The notes: generated by a model from the letters alone, not told the origin. 64,000 bases of DNA from Armatimonadota bacterium (GCA_046292385.1 JBKBRF010000007.1:123247-187246), one strand, 5' to 3'; counted from the stretch's first letter, positions 49,361 through 62,100 are shown. Translations and numbers: made by a program.

Positions 49361-50473
49361 ATGCAAACTGGTGAACCGAACGCGGGGCGGAGCGCCGCCT
49401 CTCCGGATGATGCGCTGAAGGCGCTGTGGGACCTGCCGTACTCGGAGCTGCGGCGGCTGGCGGAGTACGCGCGGAGCGGCCGCAACCCGGCGGGCGCGAC
49501 GAACGCCGCGATGGTGGCGGTCGACCTGGCCCGCCAGAAGTGCGCCGGGCTGCGGCACCTGCGGGGGGTGGAGGATCTCTCCCGGGACCAGGCGTGGGCG
49601 CTGCTCTCCCTGGCGCGCGTGCTGAAGGAGACCGCCGCGTTCAACCGGACGGCGCACCGCGACATCCTGCCCGGCCGCACGCTGGCGATGGTCTTCGAGA
49701 AGCCGTCGCTGCGCACCCGCGTCTCGTTCGAGACCGGCATGTTCCAGATGGGCGGTCACGCCATCTACCTGGGGCCGAGCGACATCTCCCTCGGAAAGCG
49801 GGAGACGGTGGCCGACGTGGCGCACAACCTGGAGCGGATGGTCGACGGCGTGATGGCCCGCGTCTTCGCGCACGCCACGGTGCAGGAGCTGGCCGCCAAC
49901 TCCCGGGTGCCGGTGATCAACGGCCTCTGCGACCGGGAGCACCCGTGCCAGGCGCTGGCCGACCTGCTCACCGTCTGGGAGCAGCGCGGCGACATCGAGG
50001 GGCGGAAGATCGCCTACGTGGGGGATGGCAACAACGTCGCCCACTCGCTGCTGCTCCTCGGCGCCAAGCTGGGCGCGCACGTGGCGGTCGCGACCCCGAA
50101 GGGGTACGAGCCGGACGCGGGGATCGTCTCCGCGGCGCAGGCGGCGGCGCGCGAATCCGGCAGCAGCGTGCAGGTGACCCACGACCCGCGCGAAGCATGC
50201 GCGGAGGCGGACGTGATCTACACCGACGTCTGGGCCAGCATGGGCCAGGAAAGCGAGGCCGCCGAGCGCGCGCAGGTCTTCGCGCCCTACCAGGTGAACG
50301 CCGCCCTCTTCGAAGCCGCCCGCCCGGACGCCGTCTTCCTCCACTGCCTCCCCGCCCACCGCGGAGAGGAGGTCGCCGGCGAGGTGATGGACGGCCCGCG
50401 CAGCGTCGTCTTCGACCAGGCCGAGAACCGCCTCCACGCCCAGAAGGCGGTCCTGGCGGTGCTTCTGGGCTGA
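49361..50473 (+). CDS. argF: Ornithine carbamoyltransferase with N-terminal extension
   Basis: FEKPSLRTRVSFE, HPCQALAD, DVWASMG, HCLPAHRG, QAENR; start uncertain. Confidence 0.95.
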   Translation: MQTGEPNAGRSAASPDDALKALWDLPYSELRRLAEYARSGRNPAGATNAAMVAVDLARQKCAGLRHLRGVEDLSRDQAWALLSLARVLKETAAFNRTAHRDILPGRTLAMVFEKPSLRTRVSFETGMFQMGGHAIYLGPSDISLGKRETVADVAHNLERMVDGVMARVFAHATVQELAANSRVPVINGLCDREHPCQALADLLTVWEQRGDIEGRKIAYVGDGNNVAHSLLLLGAKLGAHVAVATPKGYEPDAGIVSAAQAAARESGSSVQVTHDPREACAEADVIYTDVWASMGQESEAAERAQVFAPYQVNAALFEAARPDAVFLHCLPAHRGEEVAGEVMDGPRSVVFDQAENRLHAQKAVLAVLLG

Positions 50474-50485
50474 GCTCTCTTTTTC

Positions 50486-51005
50486 GACACAGAGGGACAC
50501 AGATTGGACAGAGAGCCATAGATTGAAGCAGTGGGATCGAGCAAGCGCCGAGAAGACGGGCTGCATGCGGAGCTGACCCACAAGATAATCGGAGTGGCTC
50601 GACGGGTGTACGCGTCGCTGGGCTACGGGTTTCTGGAGAAGGTCTACGAGAACGCCATGGCCCTGGAGTTCGGTCTCGCTGGCATTCAGGTGGTGCAGAG
50701 CGCCCCAATCCAGGTGCGGTATCGCGGCGAGCTGATTGGCGTCTACGAGGCCGACTTGCTGGTGGAAGGGCGAGTGATCGTGGAGCTCAAAGCGGTGGAG
50801 CGGCTGATCGAGATCCACGAGGTCCAGCTCGTCAACTACCTCCGCGCCACTGAGATAGAAGTGGGACTGTTGATCAATTTCGGCCCCCGGTTCGACGTTC
50901 GTCGCAGGATCTTCACCAACGATCGGAAAAGCGGTGGCTCGTCCGGGATCCGCCCCTTGTGACAGGGATCTGTGGTTCTCTGTCTAATCTGCGTCCCTCT
51001 GTGTC
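50486..51005 (+). mobile_element. Inverted-repeat-flanked GxxExxY cassette
   Basis: 38-bp arms at 50486-50523 and 50968-51005 (4 differences) enclosing only the GxxExxY gene. Confidence 0.7.
50531..50962 (+). CDS. GxxExxY protein (PD-(D/E)XK-like)
   Basis: LGYGFLEKVYE, ADLLVE, IVELKAV, QLVNYL, GLLINFG. Confidence 0.93.
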   Translation: MGSSKRREDGLHAELTHKIIGVARRVYASLGYGFLEKVYENAMALEFGLAGIQVVQSAPIQVRYRGELIGVYEADLLVEGRVIVELKAVERLIEIHEVQLVNYLRATEIEVGLLINFGPRFDVRRRIFTNDRKSGGSSGIRPL

Positions 51006-51022
51006 AGAAAACGAAAACCAAG

Positions 51023-52228
51023 ATGAAGAAGATCGTTCTCGCGTATAGCGGTGGGTTGGATACCAGCGTGATCCTCCCGTGGCTCAAGGAGCGCTACCCG
51101 GGCGTGCGGCTCGTGGCGTTCGCGGCGGAGCTGGGGCAGGGGGACGAGCTGAAGAACATCGAGGAGAAGGCCCGCAAGAGCGGGGCGGACGAGGTGGTGG
51201 TACGGGACCTCCGGCAGGAGTTCGCGGAGGAGTACTGCTTCCCGATGCTCCGCGCCCACGCGATCTACGAGGAAGACTACCTCCTCGGCACCAGCATCGC
51301 GCGCCCGATCATCGCCCGGCACCAGGTGCTGGTGGCGCACGAGACCGGCGCCGACGCGGTGGCGCACGGGGCCACGAGCAAGGGGAACGACCAGGTCCGC
51401 TTCGAGCTGACCTACATGGCGCTCGATCCGCGGCTGGAGATCGTGGCCCCGTGGAAGGACCCGACCTTCGAGCTGACCGACCGGGAGACCGCCATCGACT
51501 ACGCCCGGGAGAAGGGCGTGCCGGTCGACCAGACCAAGGAGAAGATCTACAGCCGCGACCGCAACCTCTGGCACATCAGCCACGAAGGGGCGGACCTGGA
51601 GGATCCGGCGAATGAGCCGCAGGACCCCCTCTGGGTGATGTCGGTCCCGGTCTCCCAGGCGCCGGACCAGCCGGAGTACGTGGAGATCCGGTTCGAGCGC
51701 GGCAACCCGGTGGCGGTGGATGGGCAGGCGCTGCCCGGTCACGAGTTGATCGCCCGGCTCAACGAGCTCGGCGGCCGGCACGCGGTGGGGCAGACGCAGC
51801 TGGTGGAGAACCGGCTGGTCGGCATGAAGAGCCGCGGCGCCTACGAGACTCCCGGCGGCACCATCCTCTACGAGGCGCACAAGGCGCTGGAGCATCTCTG
51901 CCTGGAGCGGGACACCTACCACTACAAGCAGGTGGTGGCACAGCGCTACGCGGAGCTCACCTACTACGGCCAGTGGTTCCACCCGCTGCGGGACGCGCTG
52001 CAGGCCTTCGTGGACCACACCCAGCAGGTGGTGAACGGCACCGTCCGCGTGAAGCTCTTCAAGGGCCGCGCGACCACCGCCTCCGTCTCCAGCGACAGCA
52101 GCCTCTACGACCCGCAGCTCGCCAGCTTCGCCATGAGCGGCTACGACGTCACCGCGGCGCGCGGCTTCATCGACCTCTTCGGCCTCCCGATGAAGGTCAA
52201 CCGCCTCCAGCGCCAGCGGGAGGACTGA
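51023..52228 (+). CDS. argG: Argininosuccinate synthase
   Basis: LAYSGGLDTS, LGTSIARP, KGNDQVRFE, ENRLVGMKSRGAYETPGG. Confidence 0.97.
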   Translation: MKKIVLAYSGGLDTSVILPWLKERYPGVRLVAFAAELGQGDELKNIEEKARKSGADEVVVRDLRQEFAEEYCFPMLRAHAIYEEDYLLGTSIARPIIARHQVLVAHETGADAVAHGATSKGNDQVRFELTYMALDPRLEIVAPWKDPTFELTDRETAIDYAREKGVPVDQTKEKIYSRDRNLWHISHEGADLEDPANEPQDPLWVMSVPVSQAPDQPEYVEIRFERGNPVAVDGQALPGHELIARLNELGGRHAVGQTQLVENRLVGMKSRGAYETPGGTILYEAHKALEHLCLERDTYHYKQVVAQRYAELTYYGQWFHPLRDALQAFVDHTQQVVNGTVRVKLFKGRATTASVSSDSSLYDPQLASFAMSGYDVTAARGFIDLFGLPMKVNRLQRQRED

Positions 52229-52246
52229 TCGGAGCCGGCGGTACTC

Positions 52247-52430
52247 ACCGCAGAGAACGCGGAGCGCGCAGAGGGCTCTGGGGAAACGCGGTAGTTCAAC
52301 GGGAGCGAGGGGTCCGCGAAGGCGGTCCCCCGTCCGGGGGATGAAACTTCGTGCCGTGGTTGCCGCGGTTTCAACCGCCCGGTAGCGCTCCTGAGTTCTC
52401 TTGGCGTCTCTTGGCGCTCTTGGCGGTTGA
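52247..52430. repeat. 9-nt-period repeat remnants between argG and argH
   Basis: cgcagagaa cgcggagcg cgcagaggg ... ctcttggcgt ctcttggcg ctcttggcggtt. Confidence 0.6.
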
Positions 52431-52450
52431 ATAAAGGTTCGGAAAGCAAG

Positions 52451-53818
<1,368 letters not shown>

Positions 53819-53928
53819 GCTCCGCCGCTCGCCGGAAGACGAGATGCGCTCGCCTCCCTGTCCGGGGAGTTTGCGAGCCGCCCGGACCGGGAAAAACCCG
53901 CCGAACTCGGTGATCGGGAGAGGAGACG

Positions 53929-54162
53929 ATGAAAACTCTTGGAATCGTGGCGGTGGCGGCGGCCGGGCTGGGCTACTTCCTTTACACGGACCGCGGTCGC
54001 GAGCTGATGAGCCGGGCCGGCGAGTGCGTGCGGGATAACTACGAGCAGCTCCGGGAGCGGATACGCGGGGAGCAGCCGGTGGAGGGGCTGATTCACGAGG
54101 CGGTGGAATCCTCGCACCCGGATACGGCGATGGCTCGCGCCTTCGAACAGGCGGTCGGCTAA
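53929..54162 (+). CDS. Small membrane-anchored protein (YtxH-like)
   Basis: GAGGAG RBS; AAAGLGYFLYTDRGREL. Confidence 0.7.
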   Translation: MKTLGIVAVAAAGLGYFLYTDRGRELMSRAGECVRDNYEQLRERIRGEQPVEGLIHEAVESSHPDTAMARAFEQAVG

Positions 54163-54462
54163 CTCACCGGCGACCCTGACAGTCCTCCGTCAGTCCGGCA
54201 TGGAGGGTGGCTTCGGCGAGGGTGAGTAGGTGAAAGGGCGAGCTTGAGAAGCTGCTTACGGGTGCAGCTCTCCCACTCTCCCTTGCTCCCACTCCATCCC
54301 TCAGAAGCAGCAGGACACACCTGTAGGGTGACTGGCCCGCACCGGGCGGCTCTTGGGGCGTTGAGCCCGAGCCCATCCGGTGCGGGCGTTTCGTTTCCGC
54401 CCCCGGCGGTCCGTCCGGACCCGCCCGAGGGGTGAGGCGGGACCAGCTCGCGGGCCGGACTG

Positions 54463-54601
54463 TGGAGTGCGGCAGCTTGCTGCCGCTTTGGGGAGCCGGC
54501 CGCTCCCGTAGTATGCTCTCGAGCAACAGCAAGCTGGCGCGGGTTTCGACGCGCCGTGATCGCAGCCGGCGGCGAAAGCAGGAGCAAGCTCCCGCACTCC
54601 A
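54463..54601. repeat. REP-like inverted doublet
   Basis: TGGAGTGCGGCAGCTTGCTGCCGCTTT and inverted copy AAAGCAGGAGCAAGCTCCCGCACTCCA. Confidence 0.75.
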
Positions 54602-55018
54602 GGGCCTTCGGCCTGCCTGGACGTAGGACCCTCGTTATCAGGCGGTCGGGCGCACTAGATCGGGAGACGCTCCTGCCTCGCCGTCCTTGCGGCTTAGGGC
54701 TGCCCGAAATCTGCATCGCACCCTCCCTCCGGGTGAGCGCGCCCCTCACCTTCGTCCGCCGCCGGGTTCCACTCCGCCCTTCGACACGCTGTGGTGCCCG
54801 GCGGCATGTCGCTCATCCTACAGCCGCCTGAAAGTTCTCTAAGCAGATTGGCCGCTCGGAGCAGGAAATGTCTGCTTTTGCATTTAAAATGAAATGCAGA
54901 ACCCCTGTTCGGCCTCCGGGCGAGCATCCGCTGCTCGTCTCCCGCCCTTATCCGGTTCGTTGAAGTGCCGACTCGCGGAGCCGGGCTCTCCGCCCGCACT
55001 GTTAGAGGTAGCATCGTG

Positions 55019-58000
55019 ATGATCAGTCCGCGCGCGAAATCTCTTCCCCTCTGGCTGGCCCTGGTGCTGGCCGTGCTGCTCGGGCTCGCCGGAGTGGCGG
55101 CGCCGAAGCGTGAGGCGGGGACCCGCACCACCGCGCCGAAGGTGGACCGCCGCAAGCTCATGCCTCCGCTGCACAGCGTGAAGGGGATGGAGAAGTACCG
55201 GAAGTTCCTGGCGGACAACAAGATCCGCGCCCGCACGGGATACTGGGGTGCCTACCTCCACTGGATGAAGCAGCGGGCCTACCCGAATGACCGCGTAGAC
55301 ATGTCGGCCTACCAGCGCGGCATTGCGCACCGGGAACGGATGCCCGCCGCGCAGATGGGTGGCGGACGCGGCATCAGCGCCGCGGCGGCGAACCGGTGGG
55401 AGTTCCTGGGTCCGAATGGCATCCCGGCGCCTTACCGCATCTACTTCGGCCAGGGCTTCGCGAGCGGACGCGTGAACGGCATCAGCTACGACCCCACCAA
55501 CCCGAACACCCTCTGGGCGGCGGCGGCGTGGGGCGGCGTGCACAAGAGCACCGACGGGGGCCAGAACTGGCGCTTCCTGAGCGGCTCGTGGCCATCACTC
55601 GAGACGAGCGCCCTCACCATTCACCCCACGAACGGGAACATCGTCTACGTCGGCACCGGCGACTTCGACGGCTTCGTGAACGCGTTCCCGATGGGGATCA
55701 TGAAGACGACCGACGGTGGAAACACCTGGACCAACCTCGGCCGCTCCCAATTTGGTGAGTACGGAGTGCGCCGCATCGCCCTCGACCCGGAGAGCCCGAA
55801 CACGGTGATCGCAACGGCCGGTCGCTGGACCCGGGATCCGTTCTCACCCCAGGGCCGGGTCTGGCGCTCCACCGACGGCGGACAGAACTGGACCGCCGTC
55901 ATCACCACCGGCGCCAACTGGTCCGACGTGGAATTCGGGGCCGCGGCCGGCAACGGCAGCCGGCGTCTCTACGCCGTGGGAGAGTGGACGTTCGGGGGTG
56001 AGGTCTGGCGCTCGGATGACCGCGGCGCCACCTGGACTCGACTCACCTCCCCGCTCGATAACCGTTTCCGCCAGGAAGGGATGGACATTGCCACCTCTCC
56101 CACGGACCCGGACACGGTTTACCTGCTGGGCGCGGCGCAGGCGACGATTCACAAGAGCACCGACGCCGGCCAGACCTGGACCGAGGTTACGAACAACTTC
56201 CCGCACGGCGACGGCTTCCTGAACTGGAACCAGTACTGGTACGACTGGTACATCCACTGCACGAAGCGGCCGGATAACAACGGCGACGTGGTGATCGTCG
56301 GCCTGCTTGACGTGGCGGCCTCCTTCGATGGCGGCGCCAGCTGGCAGAGCGTGGCCCACGGGCTCACGGACCAGGCGCTGGTGCATGTCGATCAGCACTC
56401 GATCGCCACGAACCCTACCAACCCCTTGGAGCTGACGCTGGGGAACGACGGCGGCGTCTACCGGATGACGCTGAATCCAACCGGCAAATCGGCCACCTTC
56501 AACACCACTCTCAACCGCACGCTCGGGATCACCCAGTTCTACGCGGCGGATTTCCACCCGACCGATCCGAACGTGATGCTCGGCGGCACGCAGGACAACT
56601 CGACACCGACCTCAACGGGTGACCTGCAGAATTGGGTCAACCCGGGTGTCGGCGACGGCGGCGGCTGTGCGATCAATCCGCTGAACCCCAACATCCAGTA
56701 CAACAGCTCCCAGGGCTACGGCACCATTCTCCGCACCGGCAATCGCTGGGCCACGGCCGGAGTTAACATCACCCCGGGCGCCAACTTCGGGAACGATGCC
56801 CTGCCGTTCATCGGGAAGATGACGATCGACCCGAGTAACCCGAACCGGGTCTACATCGGCACGAACTATATCTGGCGCTGGAACGACGACACCTCCAGTT
56901 GGACGGAGCGGCTCGGCAACCAGCGAATCGCCAACGACGCCAACGCGACGGTGTCCGCGATCGCGGTCGCCCGGAGCGACGGCAACTACATCTACGCCGG
57001 CTCCGATACCGGCGAGCTCTGGATGACCTCCAACGGGGGCACGAGCTGGACGAAGATTAACCCGGGCAGCCCCGGTCTCCCGAACCGCGCGATTACCAGC
57101 ATCGCCGTCCACCCGACCAACCCGAAGGCGATCCTCGTCGGCGTCTCCGGGACCGGCACCGGTCACCTCTGGCGGCTGAACGATACCACCGCGGGCAGCC
57201 GGGTCTGGGTGAACGTGAGCGGCAACGGTACTACCGCGCTGCCGGACATCTCGCTGAACGCGATCGCGCTCGATACCCAGGATCCCACCAACCGCTACTA
57301 CGTGGGGACCGACCTCGGTCTATTCCGCTCGACCGACGCAGGCGCCACCTGGGAGAACGCGACCGGACCGCTCGGACTGCCGAACGTGGCGATCTACGAC
57401 CTGAAGATCGTTCCCGGCACCGGGTATCTGATGGCCGCCACCCACGCCAAGGGGATGTGGCGCATCAACCCGCGGGCCCGGGCCACCGACATCACCATCA
57501 CCGCGCCCACTGTCGGCGTGCTGGTGGGCCGGCAGACGGAGATACGGTGGACCTCGCTCGGCTTCGATCCGGGCCACCTGGTCAAGATCGAGCTGTCCCG
57601 CAACGACGGCGGTAACTGGACCACGCTGGCGGCGAGCACGCCGGACGACGGCAGCTTCCTCTGGACGCCGGACGCGCCGACCAGCACGCAGGCCCGTCTC
57701 CGGATTACCTCGCTCACCGACCCGGGCACGGTGGGGCTCTCCAACCTGCTCACCATAGCGCAGGGCAGCCTGACCGTAACGGCTCCGAACGGCGGCGAGC
57801 GGCTGATTATCGGCAACACCGCCACGGTGACCTGGAGCACCAGCGGGTCCGCGTCGGATAGCCCGGACGTGCAGATCGAGGTCAGCCGGGATAACGGCGC
57901 CACCTGGTCGTCCCTGCTCGACTCCACGCCGAACGACGGCACGGAAGGCGTGGTGATCACCGGCCCGAGCTCCGAGACCGCCCGTATCCGGGTGACGGCG

Positions 58001-58963
58001 CTCGACCAGCCGGTCTTCACCGACACCAGCGACGCGAGCTTCACCATCCGCGACCCCTCCACGGTGGCCGTGGTCTCGCCGAACGGCGGGGAGACCCTGG
58101 TGGTGGGCGACCTGGTCCCGATCTCCTGGGCCAGCACCGGCTTCACCGGCAACGTAAAGATCGAGCTGAGCCGGGACGGCGGCGCCACCTACGAGACGCT
58201 CTTCCCGGACGCAGACAACGGGACGAAGACGGTCACCTGGCGCGTCACCGGGCCGGATGCTCCGCTCGCCCGCCTCCGGATCAGCTCCCTGGAAGAGCCG
58301 AACGTGGTCGACGTGAGCAACGGCACCTTCCGGATCGAAGTGCCGAGCATTACGGTTGACGCGCCGGTCGCGGGTACCGTCTCGCTGATCGGGCAGCCGC
58401 TGGAGATCAACTGGTCCTCGACCGGCCTTACCGCCGCGCGGCAGGTGAAGATCGAGATCAGCCGGGACGGCGGTCAGACCTGGACCTCGATCTCGGACAG
58501 TACCGGGAACGACGGCTCGTTCACCTGGACCGGGGCCGCGCCGGAAGCGGCTTCCGCCGTAGTCCGCGTCTCGTCGGTCGATGACCCGGCGGTAAACGGA
58601 GTCTCCTCTGCCTTCTCCGTCTCGGCGCCCACGATCTTCGTGGTGAACCCGAACGGAAAGGAGAAGTGGAAGCTGGGCAATCAGCACCAGATCCGCTGGA
58701 GCGGGACCTCCGTGGGCGTGGGCACGGTCACGATCCAGCTCTCCCGCAACGGCGGCCGCACCTGGACCACGATCCTGGACGGCATCGAGAACGACGGCGG
58801 CGAGTACTGGGGCGTACACGGGGCAGCGAGCGACAAGGCCCGCCTCCGGATCATCTGGAACGTGGACGGCAACGTGCGCGACGCCAGCAACCGGAACTTC
58901 AGCATCGTCCGCGGCTCGGCCAAAAAGAACAGCGGCAAGAGCAACAAGAAGAACCGCAAGTAG
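55019..58963 (+). CDS. Large secreted VPS10/BNR (Asp-box) beta-propeller protein with five C-terminal Ig-like repeats
   Basis: Signal/TM segment, many STDGGxxW Asp-boxes, HVDQH, GNDGG, GGTQDN; xPNGGE...IELSRDGGxTW repeats; Lys-rich tail. Confidence 0.88.
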   Translation: MISPRAKSLPLWLALVLAVLLGLAGVAAPKREAGTRTTAPKVDRRKLMPPLHSVKGMEKYRKFLADNKIRARTGYWGAYLHWMKQRAYPNDRVDMSAYQRGIAHRERMPAAQMGGGRGISAAAANRWEFLGPNGIPAPYRIYFGQGFASGRVNGISYDPTNPNTLWAAAAWGGVHKSTDGGQNWRFLSGSWPSLETSALTIHPTNGNIVYVGTGDFDGFVNAFPMGIMKTTDGGNTWTNLGRSQFGEYGVRRIALDPESPNTVIATAGRWTRDPFSPQGRVWRSTDGGQNWTAVITTGANWSDVEFGAAAGNGSRRLYAVGEWTFGGEVWRSDDRGATWTRLTSPLDNRFRQEGMDIATSPTDPDTVYLLGAAQATIHKSTDAGQTWTEVTNNFPHGDGFLNWNQYWYDWYIHCTKRPDNNGDVVIVGLLDVAASFDGGASWQSVAHGLTDQALVHVDQHSIATNPTNPLELTLGNDGGVYRMTLNPTGKSATFNTTLNRTLGITQFYAADFHPTDPNVMLGGTQDNSTPTSTGDLQNWVNPGVGDGGGCAINPLNPNIQYNSSQGYGTILRTGNRWATAGVNITPGANFGNDALPFIGKMTIDPSNPNRVYIGTNYIWRWNDDTSSWTERLGNQRIANDANATVSAIAVARSDGNYIYAGSDTGELWMTSNGGTSWTKINPGSPGLPNRAITSIAVHPTNPKAILVGVSGTGTGHLWRLNDTTAGSRVWVNVSGNGTTALPDISLNAIALDTQDPTNRYYVGTDLGLFRSTDAGATWENATGPLGLPNVAIYDLKIVPGTGYLMAATHAKGMWRINPRARATDITITAPTVGVLVGRQTEIRWTSLGFDPGHLVKIELSRNDGGNWTTLAASTPDDGSFLWTPDAPTSTQARLRITSLTDPGTVGLSNLLTIAQGSLTVTAPNGGERLIIGNTATVTWSTSGSASDSPDVQIEVSRDNGATWSSLLDSTPNDGTEGVVITGPSSETARIRVTALDQPVFTDTSDASFTIRDPSTVAVVSPNGGETLVVGDLVPISWASTGFTGNVKIELSRDGGATYETLFPDADNGTKTVTWRVTGPDAPLARLRISSLEEPNVVDVSNGTFRIEVPSITVDAPVAGTVSLIGQPLEINWSSTGLTAARQVKIEISRDGGQTWTSISDSTGNDGSFTWTGAAPEAASAVVRVSSVDDPAVNGVSSAFSVSAPTIFVVNPNGKEKWKLGNQHQIRWSGTSVGVGTVTIQLSRNGGRTWTTILDGIENDGGEYWGVHGAASDKARLRIIWNVDGNVRDASNRNFSIVRGSAKKNSGKSNKKNRK

Positions 58964-59146
58964 CGCGATACGCGGAGCCCCGCTCGTCTCGAACGGCGGC
59001 GGCGGGGCTCCGCTCCTCCTCCCTCAACCCGGCTCCCCCGCCCGCGGATCGAGCGTCCACGGGCTGAAGCTTGCCCTCCGGCAAGCACCCGCCGCCTGCA
59101 CGGGAGAGCGACGATACGGCCCCCTGGCGGGCCAAAGGATGGTCAA

Positions 59147-62100
59147 ATGCGTTCGTTGTATCTCATCGGCATCCTGATCCTGAATCTCGTGCTGGGGGGC
59201 CTCCTCGCCCTCTCGGGAGCGCCCGCGCAGGCGCAGAATTCTACATTCATCCAGCCGCGGCGCATTGCCTACCAGGTGGAGAGCCTCCTCGACGTGGTGC
59301 GGCGCGAGCGCAGCGCGCCCCAAAGGAAGGCTCAACCCTCCGGCGAGCCCGCGCCGCAGCACGATCTGGAGACCAACTCGCCGGTGCTGGACGAGCCGGT
59401 CCTGCAGCCGCGGACGGTTCGCCGCGGGCCCGGCGCGGCTGCGGTGAGCACGCCATCGCCGGACGCGGTCTTCGACACCGTCTTTGCCAGCGGCTCTCCC
59501 ACGCCGAATCCGTCGGTCGCTGTAGGCCCGCAGCACGTGGTGGTGACCGCCAACAAGCAGCTCGGGATCTTCACCTTCGACGGGTCCGCCGCGGCGCAGG
59601 TGCTGCTGACGAGCTTTTTTCCGGCCGACATCAGCCCGGACATCTCCGAAGCGACGGTGGTGTGGGACCCGTGGATCAACCGCTTCGTCCTCGTCGCGCG
59701 GGGTTTCAACGACCAGACCAAGCTGGCCACGTTCAACATCGCCGTGTCGAGTAGCTCCGACCCCACCGGGTTCTGGATCAAACAGACCTTTATCTTCCAG
59801 TTCCTCGCGCCGGATAACCTGACTCATAAGCTAAGCTATCCGCGCATCGGATTCGACCAGAGCAACTACTACCTCGGCTTCAACGTCCTGCCGTTCCCGG
59901 GGGTGAATGAACCCCCCACCAACCTGCTCCTGGGCATCAGCCGGAACGGACTCCTCTCCGGTGGCGGTAACCCGAGAGGCATCATCAACTTCACGCTGCC
60001 GCCGCCGTTCGCTCCCGGAACCCTGCCGCTCTGCCTGACTCCAGTGCAGGCGGTCAGCCCCACCAACCAGACGATGGTACTGGCGGACGCGGGCGGCACC
60101 GGGGTGATGGTCTTCAAGATCGCCAACTTCTTCGGTGTACCCGCCTTTGACGATGACCTGGTGGCGACGGCGCCGAACGAAGCGGGACCGTTCACCGCGC
60201 CGCAGCCCGGTGGCAGCCTGAGCGTGGGCGACTACCGCGTCAACGAAGCGACTTACCAGGACGGGCGCATCTGGACGGGCCGAACGATCCGCCGGGGCGG
60301 AAGCGTGACTGGCGCGATCTACCGGATCATTCCCCAGCCCCTGGGGTCCGATTCCACGTTGGAGCGAGAGTTCTTTCCGACCGCCAGCGCAGGCGTCCTG
60401 TATCAGCCAAGCGTGCAGATTCTGCCGGATCCCTTCAATCCTGGCAATCGTTTCGGACTGGCTGCGTTCCACGGTTCCGGCTTCGGGGTTGCTCCTACGC
60501 TCTTCGTAAGCCGCTATAACCCCATCGAAGACAGCTTCGGGGCTGCCATTCCGGCGCGGACCGGGGCCAGCCGTTATGCAGGGGCCGGCTGGGGCCGGAC
60601 GACCGATGTAGCGCTCGACACGACTTCCGGCGGGCTCAAGATGTGGGCGGTGGGCGAGTCCACCATCGCTCCCAGCGAGGTGACGCTCCTGGCGGCACGG
60701 GTGAACCTGCGGGGCGTGGAGGTGCTCTCGCCGAACGGTAACGAGACCTACGCGCCGGGGCAGGCGGTCCAGATCCGCTGGGTGCCGGGCGGCGCCGGCG
60801 CAAACGGCGTTACGCTCCGCCTCTCCCGAGACGGCGGCGCTACCTACCCGGAAGTGATCGTTGCGAACACAACGGATGACGGCGTCTACGATTGGGTCGT
60901 CCCCAGCCCGGTTACGTTGAACGCCCGTGTGCGCGTGGAGCTGGCGGACCTGGCCTCCGTCAACGACCAGGGCGATGGCAACTTCACGATCACGGACGCT
61001 GCGTCATTCACCCACTGCAAGGACGACGAGGGAGCTCCGGTCACGCCGGTAGCGATCCCGGATAACCGCTCCGGCCACGAGTGGGCGGAGATGGACCTCT
61101 TCTTCCCGGTGGACAAGATCATCCACGGCTTCGAAGTCGACGTCGACATCACCCACCCGTTTATCGGCGACCTGGAAGTGGAGCTCCAGCACCCGGATGG
61201 CACCCGGATTCTGCTCCACAACGAAACGGGCGCTGGTGACGACAATCTGGTCCTCAGCTACCCGCCTACCCCAATCGCAGAGGATGTGAACGAGGCCCGA
61301 GCGAAGCTGCTGCGAAAGCGGACCGTCTTCTTCGACTCCGCGACGGGCAGCCCGGACCCGACCAGGCCGTGGAAGCTGCGGGTGCGTGACCTGAAGATCG
61401 GCGACATCGGCCAGATCAACAACTGGTGCCTCACGATCATCGGTCCCTCTACGGGTGAGCTGGATATCACCTCTCCCAACGGCGGCGAGCGTTGGGATGT
61501 CGGCAGCAGCCGCAAGATCACCTGGACGAACGGCCCTAACTCGTTCGTGCAGGGCGACGTGCTGGTGCAGCTCTCTCGCGACGGCGGCGCCACTTACACC
61601 ACCCTGGGTCAGGTGCCGGCGCTCAACGGCGAGTTCGACTGGACCGTCACCGACCCGGAAACCACGCGGGCTCGGGTGAAAGTCGTGTCCGTGCTGGAGC
61701 CGGTGCAGCTCGACGTGAGCGCCGCGGACTTCAGCATCCTGAACCCGTTCATCCGGGTGGACCGGCCCTCGCTGAACGAGCGAGTCGCCACGGGCAAGAA
61801 CTACGTGATCCGGTGGGACTCGGTGCCGGATACCGACACCGTGAAGATCGAGCTCTCGCGAGACGGAGGCGACAGCTTTACCGATCTAGCGGCGAGCGCT
61901 CCGAACACCGGCACCTTCAACTGGACGCCGGTCGCCGGAACGGACGACACCACCCGCGCCGTGATCCGGGTCTCCGCCAACGGCGGCCCGGCTCGCGAGG
62001 ACACCAGCGATCCGTTCATCATCGAAACGCCCGCCATCGTCGTGCTCACTCCGGACGGTGGTGAGCTCTGGCACACCTTCCATCAGAAGGAGATCCGGTG

